Counted from the first letter of the stretch, positions 20,407 through 31,188 are shown. The stretch is DNA of 64,000 bases from Acaryochloridaceae cyanobacterium VAR_48_metabat_390 (GCA_031422435.1 JANPLU010000020.1:1-64000), one strand, 5' to 3'. A program made the numbers and translations. Notes: generated by a model from the letters alone, not told the origin.

Positions 20407-21549
20407 TTAGCGAATATATTCTTTGAGGACGCTGTTGCGGTTAGGATGGCGCAGTTTGCGAAGTGCTTTCGCCTCAATTTGACGGATGCGCTCACGGGTG
20501 ACGTTAAAGATTTGTCCAATTTCTTCTAAGGTTTTCATCCGACCATCATCTAGGCCGTAACGCAGCTTTAGTACGTCGCGTTCGCGGGGACTAAGGGTGT
20601 CTAAAACGCTCTCTAAATCTTCGCGCAAAAGATTTTTAGAAACCTGATCTTCAGGGGTTTCACCATCGGATTCAATAAAGTCGCCGAGGCGTGAATCTTC
20701 TTCTTTCCCAATGGGAGTTTCTAAAGAGATGGGGAGCTGAGCCGATTTTGCAATAAACCGCAGCTTCTCAATGGTCATCTCCATTCGAGTGGCGATTTCT
20801 TCTTCGGTGGGTTTGCGACCCATTTCTTGAGACAGCAGCTTGGTTGTCTTTTTAATGCGAGAGATGGTTTCGTAAAGGTGAACCGGAAGCCGAATGGTGC
20901 GTGACTGATCGGCGATCGCCCGCGTAATGGCCTGACGAATCCACCAGGTGGCGTAGGTCGAAAACTTGTAGCCTTTCTCGTGGTCAAACTTCTCGGCGGC
21001 GCGAATTAGCCCTAAGCTGCCTTCTTGAATGAGATCTTGAAAAGACAGACCTCGGTTCATATACTTCTTGGCGATCGACACCACCAGTCTTAGGTTAGAC
21101 TGCACCATTTTGTCTTTAGCGCGTCGGCCGACGTGAAGACGGTGACGGAACGGGTGAAGCGTCATGCCAACGGCTTCGCCCCATTCGGCATCTAGGGGTT
21201 CGCGGTCTAGCTTCTCAACGAGATCGTCATAAACGCGCTCTAGCTCTAGTAGATCCGCAATTTTACGCGCTAGCTCAATTTCTTCATCGGCGCGAAGAAG
21301 GCGGATTCGACCAATTTCTTGGAGATAGAGCCGAATAGAATCTTCTGTGTAGTGCTTTTTCTTGGCAACACCGCGCTTGCGAGCAGCACCCTTTGTTTTT
21401 TCAGCCTTTTCTTCATCTTCTGTATCGGCATCATCGGGCTGAAAATCTTCGTCCTCGGCATCGTCCTCCGCAACTTCGCCCAACAGCAGCGTTTCTAGTT
21501 CGCTTGGGGGTGCTTTGACAGATTCTAATACAGTACTAGCTTTGGTCAT
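20407..21549 (-). CDS. sigA: Group 1 principal sigma factor RpoD/SigA
   Basis: [68 protein letters not shown]. Confidence 0.97.
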   Translation of the reverse strand: MTKASTVLESVKAPPSELETLLLGEVAEDDAEDEDFQPDDADTEDEEKAEKTKGAARKRGVAKKKHYTEDSIRLYLQEIGRIRLLRADEEIELARKIADLLELERVYDDLVEKLDREPLDAEWGEAVGMTLHPFRHRLHVGRRAKDKMVQSNLRLVVSIAKKYMNRGLSFQDLIQEGSLGLIRAAEKFDHEKGYKFSTYATWWIRQAITRAIADQSRTIRLPVHLYETISRIKKTTKLLSQEMGRKPTEEEIATRMEMTIEKLRFIAKSAQLPISLETPIGKEEDSRLGDFIESDGETPEDQVSKNLLREDLESVLDTLSPRERDVLKLRYGLDDGRMKTLEEIGQIFNVTRERIRQIEAKALRKLRHPNRNSVLKEYIR

Positions 21550-21893
21550 GCCGAATTCCTCATACTCCCTGGTAAGTGAAAAGGAGAAGTTTATATGGTC
21601 AAAAAAGGTGTGGCTTTACTTTGGATTAAGCCGGATCGTCTAAAAAGTAGGGCAGATGTGAAGTAGCGCTCTCTAAACAATTTAATGAGTCTAGAGGGTG
21701 TTCACCATCTACTTAAAAAACAGTCATAAAGTAGAGCAGTAACTACCTTTACCCATGACGTAAACGATTGTAGCCTCTCTTACAGATTTTGGCTGTAGAC
21801 TTGCTAGGTTTCATGGACATTATGGCGCAGTCTTTAAAAGTCATGCACCAAAACTCTGGGCAAATGTTAACTTAGCTTAAGCAATGTCAAGAT

Positions 21894-23426
21894 TTACTCT
21901 AAATCTTCTCTTTTTTGGGTGTTTTTAAGCGAACTGGCATTGGCATTCTTGGGCGATGTAGGTAGTGAAACGGAGAAGATGCTGCCTTCGTTTGGCGCTG
22001 ATTGTACTGCTACGGTTCCACCCATCCCCTCGATAAAGGTTTTAACCAGGGCTAAACCGAGTCCGGTGCCCCCGCTGCGATGACGGGATTCATCTACGCG
22101 GTAAAATCGCTCAAAAATGCGGGATTGATGTTTAAGTGCGATGCCAGAGCCGCGATCGCATACATGAATCAGGGCGTAGGGCCGCTGCTGCTCGAGCCGA
22201 ATGGTAATGGGGGACTTGGCGCTGGCATACTTGATGGCATTCTCAACCAAATTGATCAGAACCTGCTTAAGGCGATGCGGATCAGCATAGACCGGAACCA
22301 GTTCTGATGCCTCTAGCGTCACCGTATGATGATTAACCTGCTCCACCAGCTTAATGACGTCTGCCACGATGTCGTTGAGTACAAATAGTTCAGGTTGATA
22401 GGTCATATAGCCATCATCAGCGCGAGCGAGGTCGAGTAAATCTTTTAAGATCCGAATGGTGTGGTCGGTTTCAGAAGAAGCAATGCTGAGCGCTTCTTGC
22501 TGAGTATCAGTTAGGTTTTGTCCCCGTCGTCGCAGGCTATCTAAATAACCCCGCACGATGGTGAGGGGGGTACGCAACTCATGGGAAACGTTGCTCACAA
22601 ACTGCCTTTGCTGCTCAGCGACGGTACGCTGCTGTTGCCAAGCCTCAGAGAGCCGATGCAGCAGCATATTAAAGGTGTTGACCAGCTCCTGCACTTCTTG
22701 AGGGGCGCGAGGTACCGTAATGGGCTGTTCGCCCAAATCTTCTACCGAAATAGCCTGGGTCATTTGGCTGACTTGCCGCAGGGGTAGCAGCAGCCGTCTG
22801 GCTTCATAGGCAATGAGCAGAATGAGTAAAATGAGTGCGGTTAGGTTGCCCCCAATGAGGCTACGAGTGAGCTGATCAAATTTAGTCTGGTCTTCAGTGA
22901 GATCGTGGATTAAATACAGCGTCCCGATGGGCATCTGGCGCACCATCAGCGGACTGGAGCAGGTAATAAAGTCATACCCCTGCACTTGGTAGCTTTGAGG
23001 AATGCTGCTGATTGACAGCTGACTTACTAATTGTTGAAACAGCAGTGCATCAAGCTGGGGTTTTTGAATATCTAGGGGTTCTTTAACCACCAGCTTTTCG
23101 TCTCGGCGCTTCACGCCAATCCAGAGGTTATTGGCCGCACGGTTTTTGAGGGCTTTTTGAATGCTTTCCTCTAGAGGAAACATCTCTCGATACAGGACAA
23201 CATCTTCTTCGATCCGTTTTGCAGTTTCTTGGAGCGCCTGCTTATGGCTGGCGGTCAGAATATCTTGAGTTTTCCAGCAGGTCCAAAGGGTGACGGTGCT
23301 AAGCCCAACGGTAATGATGGCGGCAATGCGAAGGGTAAGGGTAAGCTGAAGCGATTGCGGTTGCGCCAAATTCTTCACCAGTCTGCGAGAGATGGCTTGG
23401 ATTTGGACTGAGGAAGACAACCGCAT
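21894..23426 (-). CDS. Membrane sensor histidine kinase (2 TM, HAMP, HisKA, HATPase)
   Basis: FVSNVSHELRTPLT H-box, NLVENAIKY, GTGLGL; no adjacent response regulator. Confidence 0.93.
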   Translation of the reverse strand: MRLSSSVQIQAISRRLVKNLAQPQSLQLTLTLRIAAIITVGLSTVTLWTCWKTQDILTASHKQALQETAKRIEEDVVLYREMFPLEESIQKALKNRAANNLWIGVKRRDEKLVVKEPLDIQKPQLDALLFQQLVSQLSISSIPQSYQVQGYDFITCSSPLMVRQMPIGTLYLIHDLTEDQTKFDQLTRSLIGGNLTALILLILLIAYEARRLLLPLRQVSQMTQAISVEDLGEQPITVPRAPQEVQELVNTFNMLLHRLSEAWQQQRTVAEQQRQFVSNVSHELRTPLTIVRGYLDSLRRRGQNLTDTQQEALSIASSETDHTIRILKDLLDLARADDGYMTYQPELFVLNDIVADVIKLVEQVNHHTVTLEASELVPVYADPHRLKQVLINLVENAIKYASAKSPITIRLEQQRPYALIHVCDRGSGIALKHQSRIFERFYRVDESRHRSGGTGLGLALVKTFIEGMGGTVAVQSAPNEGSIFSVSLPTSPKNANASSLKNTQKREDLE

Positions 23427-23573
23427 GGTTTAGCTTTAGCTCAAGATGATATGACCCTTCTCTAAAGTTTTAGACGAATTTGTGGGCTTCAGGATGATGA
23501 AGCGCTAACTGCTAGATAAGTTTTAGCTGAGAAGTTCGATCTGCTCAAGCTGTGGTGGCAGTCTCAATCAATG

Positions 23574-24740
23574 CTAGTTTTGCGGTGAGGGCTGTAGAAT
23601 CTGCTGCTGAATTAGCTGATCGATCAGGGTTGTGAGGTGTGAATGCAGATTGTCGCCAGGGTACTGCGGAGATAGCTGGGCGATCGCCGCTTCCAATCCC
23701 TCCATTTTCAAAATTACCCGCCAAAACGCCGCTGCTTTACCGGACAACCCAAAGGTTTCTCCGGTCGGTAGGTGCCCAATCAATATCTGACCATTGAGTT
23801 CTCCAAAAACAATATTTTCAGTGGGCTGTAGCCAGCCCTGCACCGTCGGCTGTACCTGCATGGGTAAAGTCGTGCCGATGGATGGACGGTTTTTGAGGCA
23901 GACCTCAGACGGTAAAATATGCCAGCTTTGCTCTAGGCTCGTCGTTGAAGGGTTCCACAGCAGATGGTCAGGTTCATTCCAGGGGAAGCAGATATAGTCT
24001 GGTAGCCCTAGCCAATACCGATGCCCTGCCAAACGCGCTTGGTTCTGAGTTTGCCAGGTTGTGTAGTTAGCCCCCATTGTTGTAGGGCCGTGGTCATAGA
24101 GGTCTTGACCGCTCAGGCATTGGATGACGGTCGGTTCACGGATGGCGATCGCCGTTCTCAGATCCGGATGGGAATAAAGGGTTGCAAACACTAGTGCCTG
24201 CTGGGGATATTGCTGAAGCACACGGTAAAACCGAGAGCCGCTAAGGGCGCAGTCATCCACAATGACGACAGGCGTATCACTGGGTTCAGACACATTAAGC
24301 TGTTCAGCGCGTAGATCCAGCATGTAAGACAGCATACCTAACACAATCAGTCCACCCCTTGGCACGCCATAGAACTGAAATTCCCGTAGGGCTTTCGACC
24401 CAAACGTGGTCTTTAATTGGTTAGCCAACTGCTCACAGGCCTTAGTTGCTTCGGCATAGGTGATATATCGCAGTCGCCCACAGGCTTGGTTTAGAAACGG
24501 AGCCTGAAGGCTAATTTGCCCTAATACTTTGGCAGAGAACGTTCCTAAGATTGCCAAAACGGGAGTTGGCGCGGCACGAATAATCCCAAGGCACTGGGGA
24601 ACTTCTTGCCAAAGAGGATGAAGGGCGATCGCTGCCGCAACATAATGCAGTGACTGCTCTAGCGTTGCTAGCCCTAGCTGCTGCCCGTAATGGAGCAGCG
24701 CGTCTTTTTCAAAGGGCAGCGTGTAGCAGCGATAGGTCAT
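23574..24740 (-). CDS. Type I phosphoribosyltransferase-like domain fused to a C-terminal PqqD/RiPP-recognition-element-like domain
   Basis: GVPRGG PPi loop and VVIVDDCALSGSR PRPP-binding loop; last ~80 aa (VFGELNGQILIGHLPTGETFGLSGKAAAFW...LIDQLIQQQIL) fit the PqqD pattern. Confidence 0.75.
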   Translation of the reverse strand: MTYRCYTLPFEKDALLHYGQQLGLATLEQSLHYVAAAIALHPLWQEVPQCLGIIRAAPTPVLAILGTFSAKVLGQISLQAPFLNQACGRLRYITYAEATKACEQLANQLKTTFGSKALREFQFYGVPRGGLIVLGMLSYMLDLRAEQLNVSEPSDTPVVIVDDCALSGSRFYRVLQQYPQQALVFATLYSHPDLRTAIAIREPTVIQCLSGQDLYDHGPTTMGANYTTWQTQNQARLAGHRYWLGLPDYICFPWNEPDHLLWNPSTTSLEQSWHILPSEVCLKNRPSIGTTLPMQVQPTVQGWLQPTENIVFGELNGQILIGHLPTGETFGLSGKAAAFWRVILKMEGLEAAIAQLSPQYPGDNLHSHLTTLIDQLIQQQILQPSPQN

Positions 24741-24743
24741 CGG

Positions 24744-25667
24744 TTAAGTAAGACCAACACAGCCTAGATTATGGGGTGCTAAATAAGATTCGATAAACGT
24801 AATCAGTTGAGGGAGTTGTTCAAGAGAACGCGGTCTTTGCAGATAGGCCATAGGGATTTCTTTGGCTAAACGGCTGCACTGATGAAAGTGCTGTACCCGA
24901 CAGTTTTGGTCATAGAGCATTTTAGTGGCACGTGAATGCTGAATGAGTTCTGGAAATGCCTGGGTGCGCGATAAAGGCTGAATCTGGTTAAAGTCCCCCC
25001 CTTGCAGGACAAAGAGATGCTTTAAGGGGACTGGCATTTGGGCAAACCGAGTTTCTAACCGCTGAATTTGTTTATGGCTTAGCGAATGCAGCAGCGGCAT
25101 TGCGTCAGTCTGGGCACCCACTGCCATCATTGCATCGGGCAACAGCTTTACTTCAGGAAAACTCGGCACCACTTGAGGGGTGGCAGTATCTAAACACAGC
25201 GCCATAACGTCATCGGTGATTAGCCGATAGCCCCGCTGGTGAAAAGCCGAGGCCAGAGTAGACTTGCCCCAGCCACTGCCGCCGAGAAAGGCGATAGCTC
25301 CGCACCAAGAGTCCGCTCCGCATTTAGAGTCCGCCATATCCTCACGCGCCACACAGCTTGCATGAAGCACCATCAGCCCTCGCTGCCGCAGCACAAACGC
25401 CATTGCAGTGCCCAAAACGTAGGCTCTCATCACCGCCCGATCCGTTTCTAAAGGTGCATCTATGATCACTTCGCACCCGTCGCGAATGAGTAGCTTTACG
25501 TTGAGCGGCAGGTCAATCAAAATTTGATTGCTGAGGTCAGGCTCTGCTGCAACCTGATGGAGTGAGTCAAACCGAACCACAATATCTGGCGGTTCAGAAT
25601 CTAAGACAGGCTGCAAAAGCGGCAGTTCTGACTGTATGCGTAAACCGTAGGCAAAAGAGGTGTACAT
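24744..25667 (-). CDS. HPr kinase-like P-loop kinase (type found in lasso-peptide clusters)
   Basis: YGLRIQSELPL N-terminus, LHASCV, GGSGWGKSTL Walker A, LITDD. Confidence 0.82.
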   Translation of the reverse strand: MYTSFAYGLRIQSELPLLQPVLDSEPPDIVVRFDSLHQVAAEPDLSNQILIDLPLNVKLLIRDGCEVIIDAPLETDRAVMRAYVLGTAMAFVLRQRGLMVLHASCVAREDMADSKCGADSWCGAIAFLGGSGWGKSTLASAFHQRGYRLITDDVMALCLDTATPQVVPSFPEVKLLPDAMMAVGAQTDAMPLLHSLSHKQIQRLETRFAQMPVPLKHLFVLQGGDFNQIQPLSRTQAFPELIQHSRATKMLYDQNCRVQHFHQCSRLAKEIPMAYLQRPRSLEQLPQLITFIESYLAPHNLGCVGLT

Positions 25668-26214
25668 CCCGACTCAAAAAAGACCAAACTGCTCCAGACA
25701 GTAAATAGGAACTTACCCAAAAGTCAACCACTTTAGGTCTTATTTTTCTAAGAAGGTCAGTTTAGCGACAAAGTAGAAATGCTAAGCTTGGCTTTCGTCT
25801 AGGGGTAAAGTTCTTACCTTTAAGGATGCCCTGTTGTGGTCTAAGAAATATATTTTTTGGGTCAGCCAACCGTTTTGGCTAATTCTAATAGCCCACTAAC
25901 GTACATCCAGACTAAAAATAAGGATGGCTTAAAGGCGAATTTTGCTCCAAATTGGCAGAAGTGGGCAGCGCAATGGGGGCGTGATTCAGTGCCGCAATGT
26001 GCCCGTTGCGAACGTTGACTTCTCCTCGCAGCATTGTCTAAGCGCCAGCGATCGATTGGTATTGGTTAGCCCAAGGCATGGAATTAGCGCACTGCTGTGT
26101 TTTTCAACTAAAAATTGACTGCCGTTGTTGAGCGCCGAATGCGGATACTGCGCAGGCCACTGTCCATTGAAAACAGGAGAGTATCAAAAATGCCCTGCGC
26201 CGATGTCTTCATAC

Positions 26215-26556
26215 TGATGAACAGAACAAACTCTCTCGTCAGGCCATAATAGAGTTAATAGAGACAATGGGGTTTATCAGTTTCCGTTGCTAAGCAGAGA
26301 GGCAATTGAGCAAATGTTAGGACTCAGTGAATTAAAACAGACGCGGGTTTATCAAGATGCTTTGCAAGAAGGTATTGAACGAGGGCGATCGCTAATTTTA
26401 AAGCTATTGACCTGTCGTGTCGGGGGTCTGCCTGCTCAATCTGAAGCTAAGATTATGAAGCTTTCCATCACTCAGCTTGAAGCGTTGGGAGAGGCACTCC
26501 TCAACTTTTCGAGTGCTGCTGATTTACAAAATTGGCTGACTCGAGTATCTCCTTAG
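26215..26556 (+). pseudogene. 5'-truncated, frameshifted Rpn/DUF2887-DUF4351 family fragment
   Basis: RQAIIELIETM [frameshift] VYQFPLLSREAIEQMLGLSELKQTRVYQ...LEALGEALLNF..DL.NWL; nuclease N-terminus absent. Confidence 0.75.
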
Positions 26557-26571
26557 CTGCTGAGGGGAAAT

Positions 26572-27996
26572 GTGATTGCACAACTGCCCATCAACGAATT
26601 AAAGTCACCACCCTCTAATGGGTTTCACCGTACCGTAAAACTTTTGAATTCTCTCTCCGCCCGACAATCTGCATTTATTGCGCTTAAGTCTGTCCATAAA
26701 GGTGCTTTTGCAGACGTTGCCCTTGATCGCGTCTTGGCACATCACACGCTCTCTGATTCCGATCGCCGTTTGCTGACGGAGCTGGTGTATGGGTGCGTCC
26801 GGCGAATGCGATCGCTTGATACGCTCATTGATCAACTGGGTCGTAAACCTGCTCTGAGCCAGCCCCCTGATGTGCGCACTGCGCTGCACTTAGGGCTATA
26901 TCAACTTCGCTATTTAGAACAGATTCCGCCCTCTGCTGCGGTCAACACCACTGTTGACCTGCTCAAGCAAAACCGAATGAGTGGGCTAACGGGTTTTGTG
27001 AATGGTCTACTGCGCCAGTATTTACGACTTAGGGAAGTACAAGACCCGCTGACGTTACCCACAGAGCCTGTCGAGCGTCTGGGCGTTTTGCATAGCTACC
27101 CCGATTGGATTGTTCAAACCTGGATTGACAGTTTGGGGCTAGAAGGTGCTGAGCAGCTTTGCCTTACCCTAAACCATCCCCCCAGCATTGACCTTAGAAT
27201 TAACCCCCTCAAAACTGATCGTGATGCAGTACAGGCGGCTTTTACAGATTACGGCGTGACCACAACGCCTTTACCGCCGTTGCCCCAGGCTCTTAGAATT
27301 GTGGGCAGTTCTGGTCCCATTCATCAGCTCCCTGGCTATAGCGAAGGCTGGTGGACGATTCAAGAAGCCAGCGCTCAACTGGTGGGGCATTTGGTGAATC
27401 CAGAGCCAGAGACGATCGCGATTGATTTATGTGCCGCGCCAGGGGGTAAGACGACTCATCTTGTGGAACTGATGCAGGGGAAGGGGACCGTGTGGGCGTG
27501 CGATCGCACTGCATCTCGTCTCAAACGTCTCCAGCAGAACCTAAATCGGCTGCAAATCAACACCGTTAACCTTTGGGAAGGGGATGGTCGGAGCCTATCT
27601 GCCGAGATCCCACTGGCGGACTACATTTTAATAGATGCACCCTGCTCTGGATTAGGCACCCTAAACCGTCACGCTGATGCTCGTTGGCGACAAACGCCAG
27701 AATCGGTTCAGGAACTATCTAAGTTACAGGGGCAGTTACTGAGTGCGGCAACGCAGCACGTTAAGCCAGGGAGCGGTGTAATTGTGTACGCAACCTGTAC
27801 GCTACATCCCAAAGAGAATGAGGGTGTTATTACCCGTTTTCTAGAGCAGCATCCACAATGGCAGCTTGATGTAGAAAAAGTGGCGGCAAACCCTGTACTT
27901 GCCGCGCTACAAACAGAACCAGGCTGGATTAAGATTTGGCCTCATAAGCAAGCGATGGACGGATTTTTTATGACGCGATTAAGGCAGGTATTCTAG
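26572..27996 (+). CDS. rsmB: 16S rRNA m5C967 methyltransferase
   Basis: NusB-like N-terminus, DLCAAPGGKTTH, IDAPCSGLG, YATCTL; true start may be further downstream. Confidence 0.93.
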   Translation: MIAQLPINELKSPPSNGFHRTVKLLNSLSARQSAFIALKSVHKGAFADVALDRVLAHHTLSDSDRRLLTELVYGCVRRMRSLDTLIDQLGRKPALSQPPDVRTALHLGLYQLRYLEQIPPSAAVNTTVDLLKQNRMSGLTGFVNGLLRQYLRLREVQDPLTLPTEPVERLGVLHSYPDWIVQTWIDSLGLEGAEQLCLTLNHPPSIDLRINPLKTDRDAVQAAFTDYGVTTTPLPPLPQALRIVGSSGPIHQLPGYSEGWWTIQEASAQLVGHLVNPEPETIAIDLCAAPGGKTTHLVELMQGKGTVWACDRTASRLKRLQQNLNRLQINTVNLWEGDGRSLSAEIPLADYILIDAPCSGLGTLNRHADARWRQTPESVQELSKLQGQLLSAATQHVKPGSGVIVYATCTLHPKENEGVITRFLEQHPQWQLDVEKVAANPVLAALQTEPGWIKIWPHKQAMDGFFMTRLRQVF

Positions 27997-28083
27997 GCAA
28001 TTGGGGTGACGATGCTACAAAATTTCATGAGAAAAGGTTGAAATAGTTTCCTTTCCAGGTACCCACCCAACTCCGAAAATGGA

Positions 28084-30225
28084 TTATGGCAACTCCCCTA
28101 ACTTAGGACTCCACCATCGATCCTGAGACCAAAAAAATGCGACATCCTGATGCTGTTTGTCGATTTTAGCCTTTGGGTCGGCGCATCGCAGCATTTTTTT
28201 AGGCTGCCCATCTTTACTATAGTGATATTCCTCTAAGGGCTTGCTGCAAACTGGACACGGGAAAGCCGTTACGATCGCAACCACAGACGCTGTATTTTTC
28301 TGAGCGTGAGGAGCTTGCCACTGTTTATCGTGTTCAGACCAAAACAATACCAAATCAGTGCCTTCTTCAGTCTTACAGCCGTCTTGTTGGCACTTTAAGA
28401 AATATCCTTTTTTTAGTTTTTTGGTCGGCACCTTGAAGAGAGGTTGGCTACAGCTCGGACACTTTGTCCTTGATTTTTCAAGATCTCGTTTGGGGTATGC
28501 TGCGACAGAGGTTGCCGGAAGGTTGCTCTGCGCTAGCTTTAGGGCTGGCTCAAAATAGTCTCGGTTCCATCCCGTCAGGTAGCGTTGCCACTCCTGCTGC
28601 CCAAGGGCGATCGCATCCAGTGCCTGCTCCATCTGTGCCGTAAAGTTGGCCTCAATGAGATCGGGGAGGGCGGTTTTCAAGAAAGCATCCACCTCTAGCC
28701 CCAACGTTGTGGGCTGAAGTTTATCTTTGAGGAGTGCCACATAGCCCCGCTGCTTGAGCGTGGCGATAGTAGGGGCATAGGTGGCGGGTCTTCCAATACC
28801 GCGACGCTCCATGAGCTGCACCAGCTTTGGCTCGGTGTAGCGCGGGGGCGGCTGGGTTTGCTTTTGCTCGTAGGTGGCGTTTTCTACGTTCAAAGTCTGC
28901 CCCTGGTTTAGCGCGGGCAATACCGCATCGGCGCTGAGATCTTTCCAGTATTTTGTATAGCCTGCAAATTCTAGTACCTGTCCTCTGGCCTGCCATTGCA
29001 GCCCACCAGATTGGGTCAAAACCTTGGTTTTACGCAGGAGTGCCGGCTTACACTGAGAGGCGATCGCCCGCATCCAAATCAGCACATACAGCTTAAATTC
29101 ATCGTCTGGGAGCTGAGCTTTGAGAGTGGCTGAAGCCTTGAAAACATCCGTAGGGCGAACGGCTTCGTGAGCCTCCTGAGCATTCTTGACACTCCGCTGT
29201 TTCGCAACCTGCTTAGGCACGTTGGCCTGATCGTGGGTTTCGAGCCACTGCTTCGCGGCTGCACAAAACTCTGGGCTGAGCTGCACAGAATCGGTTCGCA
29301 TATAGGTAATTAGCCCCGCTTCATAAAGCTTTTGGGCAACCTCCATTGTGCGCTCAGGGCTAAACTTGAGGCGAGAACCTGCGGCCTGCTGAAGTGCGGA
29401 GGTTGTGAAAGGCGCTGGGGGCTTTTTGGTCATTTGTTTGCCTTCAATGTGCGTGACGGAATGGGGGTGATTCTGGGCGATCGCCACCAGTCCCTCCGCC
29501 TGCTCCAGGCTTAACACTCGCGTTGATTCTGTTGTCTTCTCAATTACCCCAGCGTCATCTACTGGGTCTTGCTCAGTGGGGTCTTTTTCAATGCCGCCGT
29601 GATAGAACGCGCGAAAACCTTCGGCGTAGTCTATAAACACCGACCAGTAGTCTTGAGGCGTAAAGGCTATAATCTCATGCTCGCGCTGACACACCAAATG
29701 CAGCGTGGCAGACTGTACCCGACCGACGCTTTTAGCTCCATTATTAAGCCGCCACACCAGGGGCGATCCGCGATAGCCCACCAGTTTATCCAGCACATCA
29801 CGGCAGCGGCCTGCCTCGACTAGGTTCATGTCTAGGGCGCGGGAACGGGCGATCGCCGCTTTCACCGCAGCCTCGGTAATTTCTTGATACACGACGCGCT
29901 TTGGCTTTTTTAAGCCTAAAACCTGGGCAAGATGCCAGGCGATCGTTTCTCCTTCACGGTCTGCATCGGAGGCCAAAATGACTTCTTTAGCACTATAAGC
30001 AGCGGACTTGAGCTGAGCAATGGTCTGTTTGGCCCGCTCATCTTTAGGCACGTAGCGACACTGAATGCGATCCGCTTCAAACTCAAATCCCAAAGAATCC
30101 ACACCATCATTGGCAAGCTGTCGGATATGACCTGCGGAGGCTCGAATCTCCCAATCTGCACCCAAAATCGACTTAAGCTTTTTGATTTTTCCAGCCGACT
30201 CTACAATCAGGAGAAACTTGGCCAT
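28084..30225 (-). CDS. topA: Type IA DNA topoisomerase with short zinc-ribbon C-terminus
   Basis: LIVES, ASDADREGE, GRVQS, GLITYMRTD catalytic Tyr, GIGRPATY; CPSC and CPVC ribbons. Confidence 0.9.
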   Translation of the reverse strand: MAKFLLIVESAGKIKKLKSILGADWEIRASAGHIRQLANDGVDSLGFEFEADRIQCRYVPKDERAKQTIAQLKSAAYSAKEVILASDADREGETIAWHLAQVLGLKKPKRVVYQEITEAAVKAAIARSRALDMNLVEAGRCRDVLDKLVGYRGSPLVWRLNNGAKSVGRVQSATLHLVCQREHEIIAFTPQDYWSVFIDYAEGFRAFYHGGIEKDPTEQDPVDDAGVIEKTTESTRVLSLEQAEGLVAIAQNHPHSVTHIEGKQMTKKPPAPFTTSALQQAAGSRLKFSPERTMEVAQKLYEAGLITYMRTDSVQLSPEFCAAAKQWLETHDQANVPKQVAKQRSVKNAQEAHEAVRPTDVFKASATLKAQLPDDEFKLYVLIWMRAIASQCKPALLRKTKVLTQSGGLQWQARGQVLEFAGYTKYWKDLSADAVLPALNQGQTLNVENATYEQKQTQPPPRYTEPKLVQLMERRGIGRPATYAPTIATLKQRGYVALLKDKLQPTTLGLEVDAFLKTALPDLIEANFTAQMEQALDAIALGQQEWQRYLTGWNRDYFEPALKLAQSNLPATSVAAYPKRDLEKSRTKCPSCSQPLFKVPTKKLKKGYFLKCQQDGCKTEEGTDLVLFWSEHDKQWQAPHAQKNTASVVAIVTAFPCPVCSKPLEEYHYSKDGQPKKMLRCADPKAKIDKQHQDVAFFWSQDRWWSPKLGELP

Positions 30226-30351
30226 TTTTGTCTACGTTCAATCGCGGAGAAATTCTACTAATAAAGCTTCCAGTCAAAATCAGCGTCCCAAACAAAAAGG
30301 CTGCACCCATTTGAGTACAGCCTTAAGCCTGTCAATTGTAGACTCAAATCT

Positions 30352-31188
30352 TTAGGCTTCTTGCGGCGAAACTCGACCGTAGAAAACGCCTTGGATTCTG
30401 ACATCCTTGGGCTCATGGGCACCCATATCGCTATCTGAAGGCTGCTCTGCCTCAAAGGTACCCGCAATTTCTCCAGTGCGACCATCAACCTTCGCAACCT
30501 GCATCGAAATCGCACCCTTGCCTACGATGAAGCGCTTCACGTTAGCGCGAGCCACTTCTTCTTCGCCTTCCGCTACAGCAGGCCGAGCGACGGCGTTGTC
30601 GTAACCTGTGGTTAAACCACGACCCTTCGGATCCAAAAAGTTTGAAGTCCGGTAGGACGGTACTTCATATTCTCCTTGAAAATCTGTGGAGGCGTTAATC
30701 GTGGTCAGTCCGCTTTGGGTTTCGGCAACTAACCCCTTGAGGGTAAAGAGCATCGGAACTAGCTCACCATCCGAGAGCTTCACCGTAATGGCCTGAAAGT
30801 CCATCCCGTCTTCTTCATAAAACGTCAAGCCGCCGTCTTTATTGGGCTTGAGCGTTCCATTAACGCCTTCTAGAGAGGTCGTTAAACGAGTCATGACTTT
30901 ACTTGGAACAAACTCGGCTTCACGACGAGAATTTTTAGGTTCTTCTTTAACAAAGAAATTAATTGGCTCAAGACATAATTCAGTCAGCACATATTCTTGC
31001 CCCGACTCCAGCGGAAATGAACCCCGAGTCGTTTGGCCTAAGGTTTGGCATCGGTTTGCTAATCCTGTTCCTCGAATGTCTTCGTAGGTTAGGCTAGTGC
31101 GGCTCTGAGCCAACGCATTGCCGCCACTCAAAGGCAGAGCCGTCAGACAGACGGCGAACAGTGCAATGATGAAAGCGCGGAATCTCAT
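30352..31188 (-). CDS. psbO: Photosystem II manganese-stabilising protein
   Basis: LTYEDIRGTGLANRC, DGMDFQAITV, FLDPKGRG, QPSDSDMG. Confidence 0.97.
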   Translation of the reverse strand: MRFRAFIIALFAVCLTALPLSGGNALAQSRTSLTYEDIRGTGLANRCQTLGQTTRGSFPLESGQEYVLTELCLEPINFFVKEEPKNSRREAEFVPSKVMTRLTTSLEGVNGTLKPNKDGGLTFYEEDGMDFQAITVKLSDGELVPMLFTLKGLVAETQSGLTTINASTDFQGEYEVPSYRTSNFLDPKGRGLTTGYDNAVARPAVAEGEEEVARANVKRFIVGKGAISMQVAKVDGRTGEIAGTFEAEQPSDSDMGAHEPKDVRIQGVFYGRVSPQEA

